A program made the translations under genes and the position numbers. A DNA stretch of 64,000 nt. It comes from an uncultured Chroococcidiopsis sp. GTDB taxonomy: Bacteria; Cyanobacteriota; Cyanobacteriia; Cyanobacteriales; Chroococcidiopsidaceae. Location: assembly GCA_964248365.1 (NCBI GenBank), contig CAXTYC010000008.1, forward strand, positions 64,001 to 128,000, written 5' to 3'. Below, piece after piece: positions 51,581-61,433 of the stretch (the first letter of the stretch is position 1; the number at the start of each line of letters is the position of its first letter). A model generated the notes under the pieces. The model searched no databases. It had not been told where the DNA came from and saw only the letters and a list, made by a program, of their open reading frames with translations.

Positions 51581-53215
51581 ATGAAGCAAAGTGGTAAAGT
51601 CTACCTGGTAGGTGCGGGACCTGGAAATGTTGCTTACCTGACGGTGAGAGCGCAACAACTACTAAGTGTTTCAGAAGTACTAATCTATGATGCATTGGTT
51701 GATGCTCAGTTATTGGGTTTAGTACCGTCCAATTGCATCAAGGTGGATGTAGGTAAACGGGGAGGAAAACCCAGTACACCGCAAGCAGAAATTAATCAAC
51801 TCTTGGTAGAGCATTGTCAAGCAGGTTCGCAGGTGGTAAGGCTCAAGAGTGGCGATCCGTTCATTTTTGGTCGCTCTGCTGCCGAAATCGAGGCATTAAT
51901 CGCCGCAAGTTGTGAATTTGAGGTCGTACCTGGGATTTCCTCAGCGTTAGCCGCTCCCGCACTCGCCGGAATTCCTTTGACAGATCCAGTCCTCAGCCGC
52001 TATTTTGCTGTTTTAACTGCTCATGAACCAGATCAGCTAGACTGGGAGGCTTTGACACCCATTCAGACATTGGTAATTTTAATGGGAGGACAGCAGCTAG
52101 GGGAGATTGTACATCAGTTGCGGCGACATGGGCGATCGCATCACACACCCGTCGCCGTTATTCGTTGGGCTGGTACTCCTCAACAGCAAGTATGGACAGC
52201 AACGCTTGAAAATATTGTCTCGCAAACTGTCGGAGTGTCGCTTTCTCCAGCAGTAATTGTGATTGGCGAAGTTGTCCGCTTGCGTAACTATTTACAACCA
52301 CAGAAGTCAGAATTCAGGAGTCAGAATTCAGGAGTCAGGAGTCAGGAGTCAGGAGAATTCCCCCCATCACAGGCGAGAGGTGAGAGGCGAGAGGCGAGAG
52401 GCTTTTCTCCCCCCCTCCCACTCTCCCCCTCTCCCACTCTCCCTCTTGCAGGTAAAACAATATTGGTGACGCGCTCTGTTGGACAGTCAAGTCAATTTGG
52501 CGATCGCTTGACAAAAGCTGGCGCTAATGTTCTAGAAATGCCAGCTATCGAAATTGGTTGTCCTTCGAGTTGGATAGGGCTGGATAATGCGATCGCCCAT
52601 TTATCAGATTTCGATTGGTTAATTCTCACTTCCACTAATGGCGTAGACTACTTTTTTGAGCGGCTGGAAACACTAGGTAAAGATGCAAGAGCTTTAGCCC
52701 ATGTAAAAATTGCTGTCGTAGGTGAGAAAACAGCATCAGTTCTGAAACAACAAGGTATACAGCCAGATTTTATCCCGCCAAACTTTGTAGCAGATTCCCT
52801 GGTTGAACACTTCCCAGAACCATTAGAAGGTAAAAAGGTGCTGTTTCCCAGAGTGGAAACTGGAGGAAGAGAGGTTTTAGTGAAAGAATTTACAGCTTCG
52901 GGTGCAGAAGTAATAGAGGTTGCGGCGTATGAATCTCGCTGTCCTCTTGCGATCGCCCCAGCTGCACTGGATGCGCTACAACGGCAAGCAGTAGATATAA
53001 TTACCTTTGCCAGTTCCAAAACTGTCAAGAATTTCTGCCAGCTTATACAACCTCACGCTGATATTAATTTGGATCGGGTTTGTATCGCCTCAATTGGTCC
53101 CCAAACTTCAAAAGACTGTGTTTCTCTGTTGGGACGGGTGGATGTAGAAGCAAAAGAATACACTTTGGATGGTTTAACCGAAGCAATTATCCAGTGGGCG
53201 CAAAATAAAGGATGA
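51581..53215 (+). CDS. cobA: Uroporphyrinogen-III C-methyltransferase / uroporphyrinogen-III synthase fusion
   Basis: VYLVGAGPG, RLKSGDPFIFGR; HemD domain GKTILVTR, TSTNGV, FASSKTV. Confidence 0.95.
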   Translation: MKQSGKVYLVGAGPGNVAYLTVRAQQLLSVSEVLIYDALVDAQLLGLVPSNCIKVDVGKRGGKPSTPQAEINQLLVEHCQAGSQVVRLKSGDPFIFGRSAAEIEALIAASCEFEVVPGISSALAAPALAGIPLTDPVLSRYFAVLTAHEPDQLDWEALTPIQTLVILMGGQQLGEIVHQLRRHGRSHHTPVAVIRWAGTPQQQVWTATLENIVSQTVGVSLSPAVIVIGEVVRLRNYLQPQKSEFRSQNSGVRSQESGEFPPSQARGERREARGFSPPLPLSPSPTLPLAGKTILVTRSVGQSSQFGDRLTKAGANVLEMPAIEIGCPSSWIGLDNAIAHLSDFDWLILTSTNGVDYFFERLETLGKDARALAHVKIAVVGEKTASVLKQQGIQPDFIPPNFVADSLVEHFPEPLEGKKVLFPRVETGGREVLVKEFTASGAEVIEVAAYESRCPLAIAPAALDALQRQAVDIITFASSKTVKNFCQLIQPHADINLDRVCIASIGPQTSKDCVSLLGRVDVEAKEYTLDGLTEAIIQWAQNKG

Positions 53216-53271
53216 AGGATGAATTTTGTAGAGACGTAATATATTACGTCTTTACACAAGGATGAAGAATA

Positions 53272-53877
53272 ATGAGGTTTTCCGAATTGGGTTGTCGCCG
53301 TATCATTGGCTTAACTGGTGGTATTGGTACTGGAAAAAGTACAGTTTCACATTATCTAGCTACTACTTACCAGTTACCAATTTTGGATGCAGACATATAC
53401 GCAAGAGAAGCTGTAGTAAAGAGTTCACCGATTTTAAGCGCGATCGCTTCTCGCTACAATTCCAATATTCTCCTACCCGATGGTACACTCAACCGAAAAA
53501 AGCTAGGTGAGATTATCTTTCATAATATAGATGAGCGACGCTGGCTAGAACAGCAAATTCATCCATATGTACGCGATCGCTTTATCCAAGAAATTGATAA
53601 ATTACCCCTACAAACAGTAGTATTAGTCATACCTTTACTATTTGAAGCCCAAATGACAGATTTGGTGACAGAAACTTGGGTAGTGTACTGTTCAAAGCAA
53701 CAGCAACTAGAAAGATTGATGCAGCGCGATCGCCTCAGTTTAGCACAAGCACAAGCTCGGATCAACAGTCAAATGCCGATAGAAGAAAAGTGCGATCGCG
53801 CAGATATTGTTTTAGATAACTCCTCCACCCTATACGCATTACTTAAACAAGTGGATACAGCATACCATCACTGTTGA
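53272..53877 (+). CDS. coaE: Dephospho-CoA kinase
   Basis: IGLTGGIGTGKST, IHPYV, IPLLFE, RINSQMP. Confidence 0.96.
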   Translation: MRFSELGCRRIIGLTGGIGTGKSTVSHYLATTYQLPILDADIYAREAVVKSSPILSAIASRYNSNILLPDGTLNRKKLGEIIFHNIDERRWLEQQIHPYVRDRFIQEIDKLPLQTVVLVIPLLFEAQMTDLVTETWVVYCSKQQQLERLMQRDRLSLAQAQARINSQMPIEEKCDRADIVLDNSSTLYALLKQVDTAYHHC

Positions 53878-53982
53878 TGAGAAGGGCGATCGCTCTTAAT
53901 CTTGCTATGCTGTTTAGCTATGGTTTTGAAGAGTAGACATCTTGCATAAACCGAATTGTTCCCATAGATCTGTATTGTTAGG

Positions 53983-54423
53983 ATGTTTAAATCTATAAGT
54001 AAAAAAATGGATGATAATAAAACACGTCACACATTGCTACTAATTCTATTAATTATCAATGTAATTTCCACTAGTCTTCACTACACGGATAATTTTCTGA
54101 ACAATGACAAATATCCAGAACCTGCTTGGCTCACTCCTAATAGTGTTTATATTAGCTGGATCATACTGACATTGTTTGGAGTGGCAGGTTACTTGTTGTA
54201 TGTAAAGGATGCTTTCTGGCTTACTTATTTCTGCCTTGCTATTTATTCAATTACTGGCATTTCAAGTACAGCGCATTACTTTTTTCCCGCTACCGAACCA
54301 TTTTCTTTGAAAATGAATGTGTTGATTTGGTTTGATGCGATCGCAGGTATTTCCCTACTCATTTTTATCTTATGGTCAGGATTAATATTAAGAGAGTGGG
54401 AAAGTGCGATCGCCGATCAATAA
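53983..54423 (+). CDS. Hypothetical 4-TM membrane protein
   Basis: Four hydrophobic segments with polar HYTDN and AHY residues. Confidence 0.75.
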   Translation: MFKSISKKMDDNKTRHTLLLILLIINVISTSLHYTDNFLNNDKYPEPAWLTPNSVYISWIILTLFGVAGYLLYVKDAFWLTYFCLAIYSITGISSTAHYFFPATEPFSLKMNVLIWFDAIAGISLLIFILWSGLILREWESAIADQ

Positions 54424-54424
54424 T

Positions 54425-56962
54425 CTATTCAATTCGTACAAATTTACCACCTTGAATTTTAATTACTGCATCATTTTGTGCGAGAGACACTCTTTCTCCT
54501 GTACCGCTATCGAACCTAAATTTTCCAGTTGCACCATTAACTTCAAATTTAGGGTTTCTGAGTAAACTGTTTATCTCTTGACGATTTGGCTGTCGTAGTT
54601 GCTCTAAAGCAGTTGCGATCGCCTTTGTTGCATCATAAGCCATAGGCGATCGCCAGGTAATTGTTTTTGGATGCCAACTCGACTGAAACTTGCTGACAAA
54701 AGAATTTTTCTCTGCATTCGGATACCAGGGAACTGATAATGTTAAACCTTCTACTGCTTTCCCGCCTAACTCAATTGTTTTATTTGTATTTAGAGTAGGG
54801 CTACCAAACAGCCTCACTTGTAACTTATTGGAGCGCACTGCTTTGAATATTTCTGTTGCCTTGGCAATTCTATCGACATGAGGTGACATCAGCAAGGCAT
54901 TAACACTGTTCTTTTTAATTTCCGCTACTACACTACTAGGTTTGAAATTTGGGTTGGAAAAGTCACAGTGTAAATCTATTGACTGTCCTTTATCGGCTCT
55001 GAAAACTTGCTCAAATTGGTTTTTAAAGAATTCATTATCTGGTGCATCAGGATCTAAACAAATGCCAACTTTGGGATTAGGGACTTGATGGCGAATAAAA
55101 TTTGATAGCTTCGCTGCAAAATAAGTAATCTGGGGAACCATCCTAAAAATATACGGCTTGTCTTGCAATTTGTCAGAAAAACTAGTCGGCGATATCATTA
55201 CTAGTTCTCTTTGGTTATATATGTCAGCAGCAGCAACCGAGGCATTCGAGGCATTATGCCCAACTACGGCTAAAATTGTGGTGTCTTTGACAAATTTATC
55301 AGCAACTTTTCGAGCCAGAACGTCGTTGTTATTGTCATTGGCAATTACTACTTGTAATAGCTTGCCATTGATTCCATCATCGTCTTTAATTTCCTCTTGA
55401 AGTTGAGAAACAGGCTGTAACATCTCTTCTGCTACAGGTTGATTGCTACCAATAGGTACGCTAACCGCAATTTTTAAAGGTTCTTCTTTTCGAGTTGCTG
55501 CTATTGCATTGTTTAAATAAATTCGTGTTTCTGAATCGTTAGGGTTACGCTTGAGAGCAGCTTTGAAATTAGCGATCGCATTTGAATAATCTTGCTGTGC
55601 AAATGCTTTCACACCTGCTTCTTTCTCAGGGCTACTATTTTTAAATAGAACTTCTTCCCCCAAACTAATTCCAGGTGCAGATTCCGCCGCCCGATGAAAT
55701 AAAGAATTATATATCCAGTAGGCAGCAGGTATTGATAGCACGGCAGCTGATAATATGATTAATAGCTTTACTTTTTGTGCAGTTGCAGGATTTGGCAATG
55801 ATTTAGTTGCTTTTGCTACTGGCTGCTGTGAAGGTTTTGCTTGAGGATAAAATAGCCCCTGTTCTTCGGGATTTTGGAAAAGCACAGGTAGCCAAGAGGC
55901 GTTAGGGGAGCGATTTTCGATTAACCTGAGCTTGTCACGGGCTTCACGCACTGCTTGATGTAAAGAAGCACCACCAGCAAAACAGGTGAGAAAATCATCT
56001 AAAAATTTTTGGGCGACGTTATCGTGAATCGGCTGCCGCATTACGATAACATGAGGAATCTGTAAAGAAGCTAGTTGTCGTGCCAATCCTAACCCATCAC
56101 AAGAGTTAAAAATTGCCAGTTTCAAACCATTTTCTACCGCTGTTTCTAGAGCAGTATTTAGTTGTTTAGGGGATAAATATTCTTGGTCATTGATCCAAAT
56201 TCGTGCATTGTTACCTGCTGGTTCAGTTGCACTATGTCCGGCAAAGAAAACAATATCCCAAGGCTGACTCCTCAGTTTTTCTCTTAGCTCAGTTGCTCTA
56301 GGTTTTCGTAGCAGAACTAATTCGGCGAGTGGTAAATTCTTCTGGATAATGTTCCAGTCTGTTTCAATATCAATATGTTCATCGCTACCCAGAATTACTA
56401 GAAGTTTGACAGGTTCGCTCAGAGATCCTCTTGGTGGTACTCTAATGCTGCTCAGAGCAACTTCGGCATAACGATAGCGCTTTCTAAGTAACCCCCATAA
56501 CTCCCAAGGTATTTTTTGTAATTCTGAGTTTTCAGTTTCTATAATGAAGCTGACAGAATCATTTTTGCCCACTGTATGTAGCAATTCATCTCGTATATCC
56601 TTAATGGCAGAACGATCTAACCAGTCATTTAGGGCAAGCTCAAACTTGGGAGCAATTTTACTAGTATTATCCTCACTATCTCCACTTGAATAATTTTTGA
56701 TTATTTGGTTTGGAACACTAATTTGCCGAGTACTTTCCCGCCACCAGCGGCAGCTTTCTCCCCAAGATATGTGTTCTTCTAGCCAGTCATTCAAAAGTTT
56801 GACTATTTCTGGTGCTGGTGACAAACTACCCTTAACTTCTGAAACACAAAGCCGACCATTTTCTCTAATTTGTAATCTGACAGGAAAACCATTCTCAAAA
56901 TCACCGCCTCCAATTTGAAAAACAACTTGCTTGCTCCTTTCTACTAAGTTTTGGGCATTCAT
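54425..56962 (-). CDS. CHAT (caspase-like) protease - TM - TPR - type I periplasmic binding domain fusion
   Basis: IPWELW, VFFAGHS (His), IFNSCDG (Cys), SWLPVLFQN; TM LLIILSAAVLSIPAAYWIY; PNDSETRIYLNNA; LivK-like AVVGHNAS, MISPTS, AYDA. Confidence 0.88.
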   Translation of the reverse strand: MNAQNLVERSKQVVFQIGGGDFENGFPVRLQIRENGRLCVSEVKGSLSPAPEIVKLLNDWLEEHISWGESCRWWRESTRQISVPNQIIKNYSSGDSEDNTSKIAPKFELALNDWLDRSAIKDIRDELLHTVGKNDSVSFIIETENSELQKIPWELWGLLRKRYRYAEVALSSIRVPPRGSLSEPVKLLVILGSDEHIDIETDWNIIQKNLPLAELVLLRKPRATELREKLRSQPWDIVFFAGHSATEPAGNNARIWINDQEYLSPKQLNTALETAVENGLKLAIFNSCDGLGLARQLASLQIPHVIVMRQPIHDNVAQKFLDDFLTCFAGGASLHQAVREARDKLRLIENRSPNASWLPVLFQNPEEQGLFYPQAKPSQQPVAKATKSLPNPATAQKVKLLIILSAAVLSIPAAYWIYNSLFHRAAESAPGISLGEEVLFKNSSPEKEAGVKAFAQQDYSNAIANFKAALKRNPNDSETRIYLNNAIAATRKEEPLKIAVSVPIGSNQPVAEEMLQPVSQLQEEIKDDDGINGKLLQVVIANDNNNDVLARKVADKFVKDTTILAVVGHNASNASVAAADIYNQRELVMISPTSFSDKLQDKPYIFRMVPQITYFAAKLSNFIRHQVPNPKVGICLDPDAPDNEFFKNQFEQVFRADKGQSIDLHCDFSNPNFKPSSVVAEIKKNSVNALLMSPHVDRIAKATEIFKAVRSNKLQVRLFGSPTLNTNKTIELGGKAVEGLTLSVPWYPNAEKNSFVSKFQSSWHPKTITWRSPMAYDATKAIATALEQLRQPNRQEINSLLRNPKFEVNGATGKFRFDSGTGERVSLAQNDAVIKIQGGKFVRIE

Positions 56963-57066
56963 ATATGTCTTCCTTGGGGCGGTATAATCTTAAAATTTAA
57001 GTCAAAAAGAAGGAGCATAAATGAAAACTCAATAATTCTTTAACTGCTAGTTTCCACTAGCTAAAA

Positions 57067-58428
57067 TTAAACTATAAAGTATTCGGTAATACTTGAAGAA
57101 GCCAGAACAAGACGAACACCAAAGCGATCGCCCACGTCAGCTCTAAAATAAAGAGAAATGTAATCGTCTTGTGGCTCATTTCTCGCTACAGCTTCCAACC
57201 CAGAAATGCTTGCGCCATTTTCATTTACTCCTAGTAATTGCAAAAGGGGTGGTAATTTAGTTTGGCTACCTGTAGGATAAGCTCTTAGCAACACGCCAAT
57301 TCGACTATCTGGTTTACGTAAAACTGCTACCATCAAAGCAACAGGATACCCCATTAGTTGAATTCCTAAATCCATCACTCTTCTAATAGCAGCATCGGGA
57401 TGATGGGGATTGATCGCCCACAAATATTCAGCCGCCTGCCAACAAGTGGTATCATCTTCAGTTGTCTGCATTAGATGAACTAAGGCGGATTCTGGTTCAA
57501 AATTGGCAGGGAGAGCAACCATGTTTTGACTACTATACAACTGCGCGATCGCTCGTTTCACCAATTCTTGTGTATCCAATCTAATTCCTCTGACTTTTTT
57601 CGAGCGAACTGCTGGAGTTAGAGTCTTTGCATTCAACCAATTTTCGATTGTCTGCCAACCAGCTTCAACTACACCATCAAACCAAGCTCCCAGCCGCACT
57701 AATTGCGGTTGAACTCGTTCCATGCGCCGCTGGTATAATTTTTGTAACCATACTTGCCGATCTAGTAATGCTCCCCACTGCTCAAACTTCACTTCTAGCC
57801 TGGGAGAATAGGACGATGGTTGGCTCAGTTGCTCAATTAAAGCTTTAGCATCATCATTTGACAACGAAGTTAATAAGGCTACTTCTCCTTTTTCATCAGG
57901 ATAATCGAGTGCAACCCACAGCAAATCTAAGTTTGCAATTACGGCATCTTGCTCTACATAATAAGTATTCGCTGTCGCGTCATACTCACCTTTAGCTTTC
58001 AAACTGCGGCGAGAAACAAAGCCCCAAATATGCAGGTATTTCTCAGTAAGATCGAATTGTACGGGTAAATAATAATCTGCTGCCCAACTGGGTATATCTA
58101 CCCATTCTTGAGGTACAGCAAAATCCTCGGTGTCTATAGCATCACTGGGAATCAGCACTAGTCGCTTTTGCTCTAGCTCAATTGCTATACCATTTACTAC
58201 TTCCCAAGCGATTTCACCTGGAAACAAAGTGAAATTAGCGGATAAACCGAAATCCTGTATCAATTTTACCAACAAATTAAAACACAAACGAGCAATTTTG
58301 GCATGATTGCGTCCAGTTTGGTTAGAGTAACTTCTGGTTGCAGCTTCAGCGATTTGCAAATCGCTGTCGGAAAATTCTAACCAAATGTGTTCAGAATAAA
58401 TTTTGCGTAATATTTCTATCGACTTCAT
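57067..58428 (-). CDS. DUF1822 family protein
   Basis: WEVVNG, LVLIPS, VPQEWVDIPSWAADYYLPVQ, IWGF; C-terminal LRAYP...GDRFGVRL...EYFIV. Confidence 0.85.
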   Translation of the reverse strand: MKSIEILRKIYSEHIWLEFSDSDLQIAEAATRSYSNQTGRNHAKIARLCFNLLVKLIQDFGLSANFTLFPGEIAWEVVNGIAIELEQKRLVLIPSDAIDTEDFAVPQEWVDIPSWAADYYLPVQFDLTEKYLHIWGFVSRRSLKAKGEYDATANTYYVEQDAVIANLDLLWVALDYPDEKGEVALLTSLSNDDAKALIEQLSQPSSYSPRLEVKFEQWGALLDRQVWLQKLYQRRMERVQPQLVRLGAWFDGVVEAGWQTIENWLNAKTLTPAVRSKKVRGIRLDTQELVKRAIAQLYSSQNMVALPANFEPESALVHLMQTTEDDTTCWQAAEYLWAINPHHPDAAIRRVMDLGIQLMGYPVALMVAVLRKPDSRIGVLLRAYPTGSQTKLPPLLQLLGVNENGASISGLEAVARNEPQDDYISLYFRADVGDRFGVRLVLASSSITEYFIV

Positions 58429-58440
58429 TGTATTTCCTGT

Positions 58441-59829
58441 TTAATCCAAATGTTGACTGAAAGAATGCATTCCAGATTCGTTTAACCTTTGTTCTACCAA
58501 CATAGGAATTTTGGCGATCGCACATCCTTGTTGATCTAGTTTTAATTCAATGTGTTGCTCAATTTGTCTTGTTAGGCGATCGCACAAATAAACGAGCGGT
58601 TCCCAAGGTGCAATTCGCATTTGTGGTAGTGAGTCTATTGATGAATCCCAAAATTTATCTATGATTTCGCTGCAATAACTACCTAGCAATGATTCCATCT
58701 CTGATAAGCCTTCAGAACTCGGTTCAATATTTAGATTTTGTCTTACCCAATTCCAAATTTGAGGCAAGATTTTCTTGTATACCGATTGCAGATGACGACA
58801 GATTTGATATTGCTTTAATCCTAGTTCAGTGGCAACTTCATTTTGTGTTAATTCCAAACCATAGCTAAGAAAAAGAATTTGGTATTTTTGCACTGGCTGA
58901 ATTTTTAGTTCATTTATCAGGCGCTCTATCTCCTGCTTCAATTCACCTAATTCTTCTATATCCATGCTCGATTCTGAGGAAGGCATTACAAAACTAGCAT
59001 TTTCCTCACCGCGCTCAAGAGCAGCATCTAGAGAAGTAGTTTGTGGAGCTAATAATTCTCGAATTGCTGCTCCGATATTTTCTAGCCAAGTTTTGATCTG
59101 TTCTCCATTTATATTTTGTCCGTGTAATTGGTTGTAACGTTCAGCAATTTTCTGGTAATGTTCCACCAAAATATTATTTACCGCCAGATTGCTAGCATTT
59201 TTTACTTCTTGAAAACATTGCCAAGCCAGTAAATATTGAGATAATTGTAGCCCTCCGTAATTTGAATTTTGTATAGCTTCTTTTACTCGTTTGCGGCTGG
59301 CGCGTGCCACCAAAGCCAAGTTCGAGCGCCCCAAAGTTTCGATTTGGGTAATTTTTCTTACTTGGGTAAGTAAAAGATACTTAATTTTTTGCTCGGTAAA
59401 CTTCTTTAACGTGGGATACCAATAGACAATTTGAGAACGCCTAATATCGAACTTAGCCAAAAATTTTTCCGGCTCGATTGTAGCTTGATAACCTATGATA
59501 AATAAGTCAGAGAAACAATCAAACCGTAAATGATCGGGTAGTAGCCACATAATTTTGTTAGCTACTTTTTCACAGCTTCTTTGAAGAAAAGCAATCCAAT
59601 GTCTACGGCATAATTCATCGGGGGGATGCTGCTGTAACTGCTCGAATAAATATCGAGCTAGTAATGCTTCTAGTCTCTGTTCATCTAATTGTGCTGATGG
59701 ATCTATTTGAGTAGCGCAACGATTAATATGCTGTAATAACTGTTGGTCAACTCGCCAGATAATGCGACGATTTTCTATGCTGCTGGGTATGGTATAAAAG
59801 CACTCAAGGGGCATGGCGTGTGTAATCAA
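58441..59829 (-). CDS. Sigma-70-like (region 4 HTH) protein, HetZ-related type
   Basis: SLDA motif then ILFLSYGLELTQNEVATELGLKQYQICRHL HTH; adjacent to DUF1822. Confidence 0.72.
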   Translation of the reverse strand: MITHAMPLECFYTIPSSIENRRIIWRVDQQLLQHINRCATQIDPSAQLDEQRLEALLARYLFEQLQQHPPDELCRRHWIAFLQRSCEKVANKIMWLLPDHLRFDCFSDLFIIGYQATIEPEKFLAKFDIRRSQIVYWYPTLKKFTEQKIKYLLLTQVRKITQIETLGRSNLALVARASRKRVKEAIQNSNYGGLQLSQYLLAWQCFQEVKNASNLAVNNILVEHYQKIAERYNQLHGQNINGEQIKTWLENIGAAIRELLAPQTTSLDAALERGEENASFVMPSSESSMDIEELGELKQEIERLINELKIQPVQKYQILFLSYGLELTQNEVATELGLKQYQICRHLQSVYKKILPQIWNWVRQNLNIEPSSEGLSEMESLLGSYCSEIIDKFWDSSIDSLPQMRIAPWEPLVYLCDRLTRQIEQHIELKLDQQGCAIAKIPMLVEQRLNESGMHSFSQHLD

Positions 59830-59842
59830 AGAGTGGAGTTAA

Positions 59843-61225
59843 TTAATCTGCCGTAGGGAGCTTGACAAATTCGTAAACAGAGCCTTTAGATTGAACTTGG
59901 ACAATCACAGGCTGACCGATGCGATCGCCACTAGGTGAAAATCTAACCGCAACACCAGCTCCCTCAACTGCAAACTGGGGACTTCGCAACACTTGCTCTA
60001 AACCATCACGAGTATTACTTTGCTGCAATCCTGCAATAATCGCTCTTGTTGCATCATAAGCCGTAGCCGAGCGCCAACTTACCTTACCGCGCCATCTTTG
60101 ACTCATCTTGTCTGCAAAAGAATTGCGCGGATTAGCTTGGGGATGCCAAGGTGCAGCTAGCACTAATCCTTCAACACTTTGCTGCCCAAGTTGTAAGGTT
60201 TTAATGGTATACATTGTCGGGCTGCTAAATAGAGCTAATTTGCCCTGATTTTGATTTGCTCTTGCAAGATCGATCCCAGCTTGTAAGCGATCGACATGAG
60301 GAGAGATAAATAACCCATCCGCACCACTGCTTACAGCTTGATTTACTGCCGTAAAAGCGTTAAAGTTAGGAGCAGATAAATCGCAAACGGTGGGGACTAA
60401 TTGACCTCCCTTTGACACAAAAGCTGCCTGAAATTCATCTTTGAATGAGACATTATCTGGGGCTTGGGAATCGTAACAAAAAGCAATTTTGGTTTTATGG
60501 GCAGTTTTAACTGTATAGTTGGCTAACGCTGTTGCTGTTACTTTGGTAGTGAGAACAGTCCGAAAAATATAATTACCAATTCCAGAGAGATTATTAGCAA
60601 AACTAGTAGGTGACACCATCACTAAACCCCCCTTTTGATAGATGGGAGCAGCCGCCAAAGATGCATCTGAGGCATTATGTCCTACAACTGCTAATACTTG
60701 CGAATCTTTAACTAATTGTTCGGCTACCTGACGGGCAATTTCAGGTTTATTTTCATCATTCACAATCTCTACAAGCAATTTTTGCCCATTGATTCCACCC
60801 TGCTGGTTAATTTCATCCTGCGCCTGGGCGACACCTCGAAGGATTTCTTGAGCAACATTGAGGTTACTGCCGATTGGTACGCTTACAGCTATTTTGAGAA
60901 AGCGATCGCCTACTTGGGCGTTATTTAAATAGATCAGTGTTTCGGGATCGTTAGGATACTGGAGGAGGGATTTTTTAAAATGTTCAATTGCCTCAGAGTG
61001 ATCGCCCCCCGCAAATGCTTCAATTCCCTTTTGTTTGTCTGGTGTAGCATCTTTTTGGATTAATAAGCGATTACCGATACTGACGCGATCGCTACTACTA
61101 AATCTGTCTTTGTTAACACTTTCGCGCAGTTTTGGAACTAAGAAAATCAATAACAATCCCAGGCAGATGTAGACAATCGGAGGTAGTCCACCTTTCTTAG
61201 TTTTTACATCATGTGGTTGCGACAT
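59843..61225 (-). CDS. Membrane-anchored TPR + LivK-like type I periplasmic binding protein
   Basis: N-terminal TM helix, PNDPETLIYLNNA, KIAVSVPIGSN, AVVGHNAS, AYDA; no ABC permease or ATPase nearby. Confidence 0.88.
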   Translation of the reverse strand: MSQPHDVKTKKGGLPPIVYICLGLLLIFLVPKLRESVNKDRFSSSDRVSIGNRLLIQKDATPDKQKGIEAFAGGDHSEAIEHFKKSLLQYPNDPETLIYLNNAQVGDRFLKIAVSVPIGSNLNVAQEILRGVAQAQDEINQQGGINGQKLLVEIVNDENKPEIARQVAEQLVKDSQVLAVVGHNASDASLAAAPIYQKGGLVMVSPTSFANNLSGIGNYIFRTVLTTKVTATALANYTVKTAHKTKIAFCYDSQAPDNVSFKDEFQAAFVSKGGQLVPTVCDLSAPNFNAFTAVNQAVSSGADGLFISPHVDRLQAGIDLARANQNQGKLALFSSPTMYTIKTLQLGQQSVEGLVLAAPWHPQANPRNSFADKMSQRWRGKVSWRSATAYDATRAIIAGLQQSNTRDGLEQVLRSPQFAVEGAGVAVRFSPSGDRIGQPVIVQVQSKGSVYEFVKLPTAD

Positions 61226-61286
61226 ATGTAATTATTGAAATTTGAATTATGAATTGTATAAACTGATATCTTGCACCTGTTGCAAC

Positions 61287-61409
61287 AGCCGCTCTCGAAA
61301 TTAATTTCCCAGCTTACAGCTAAAATCGATTGAAATCGGTTCAAGCCTTCCTGGTAGTCTACTTCAGTAGACTTCTGCTATGAGCCGTGAACTTAAGTTT
61401 ACGGCGGAT
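61287..61409. repeat. REP-doublet/MITE-like palindromic element
   Basis: Hairpins AGTCTACTTCAGTAGACT and CCGTGAACTTAAGTTTACGG, with degenerate mirror copies on the left. Confidence 0.6.
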
Positions 61410-61433
61410 TTAGTTCCCTACGAAGCAAGAAGT

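Noticed and set aside
59843..61225. Branched-chain amino-acid ABC transporter operon
   Set aside because: No permease or ATPase genes; the TPR insert and the CHAT-fused paralogue point to signalling
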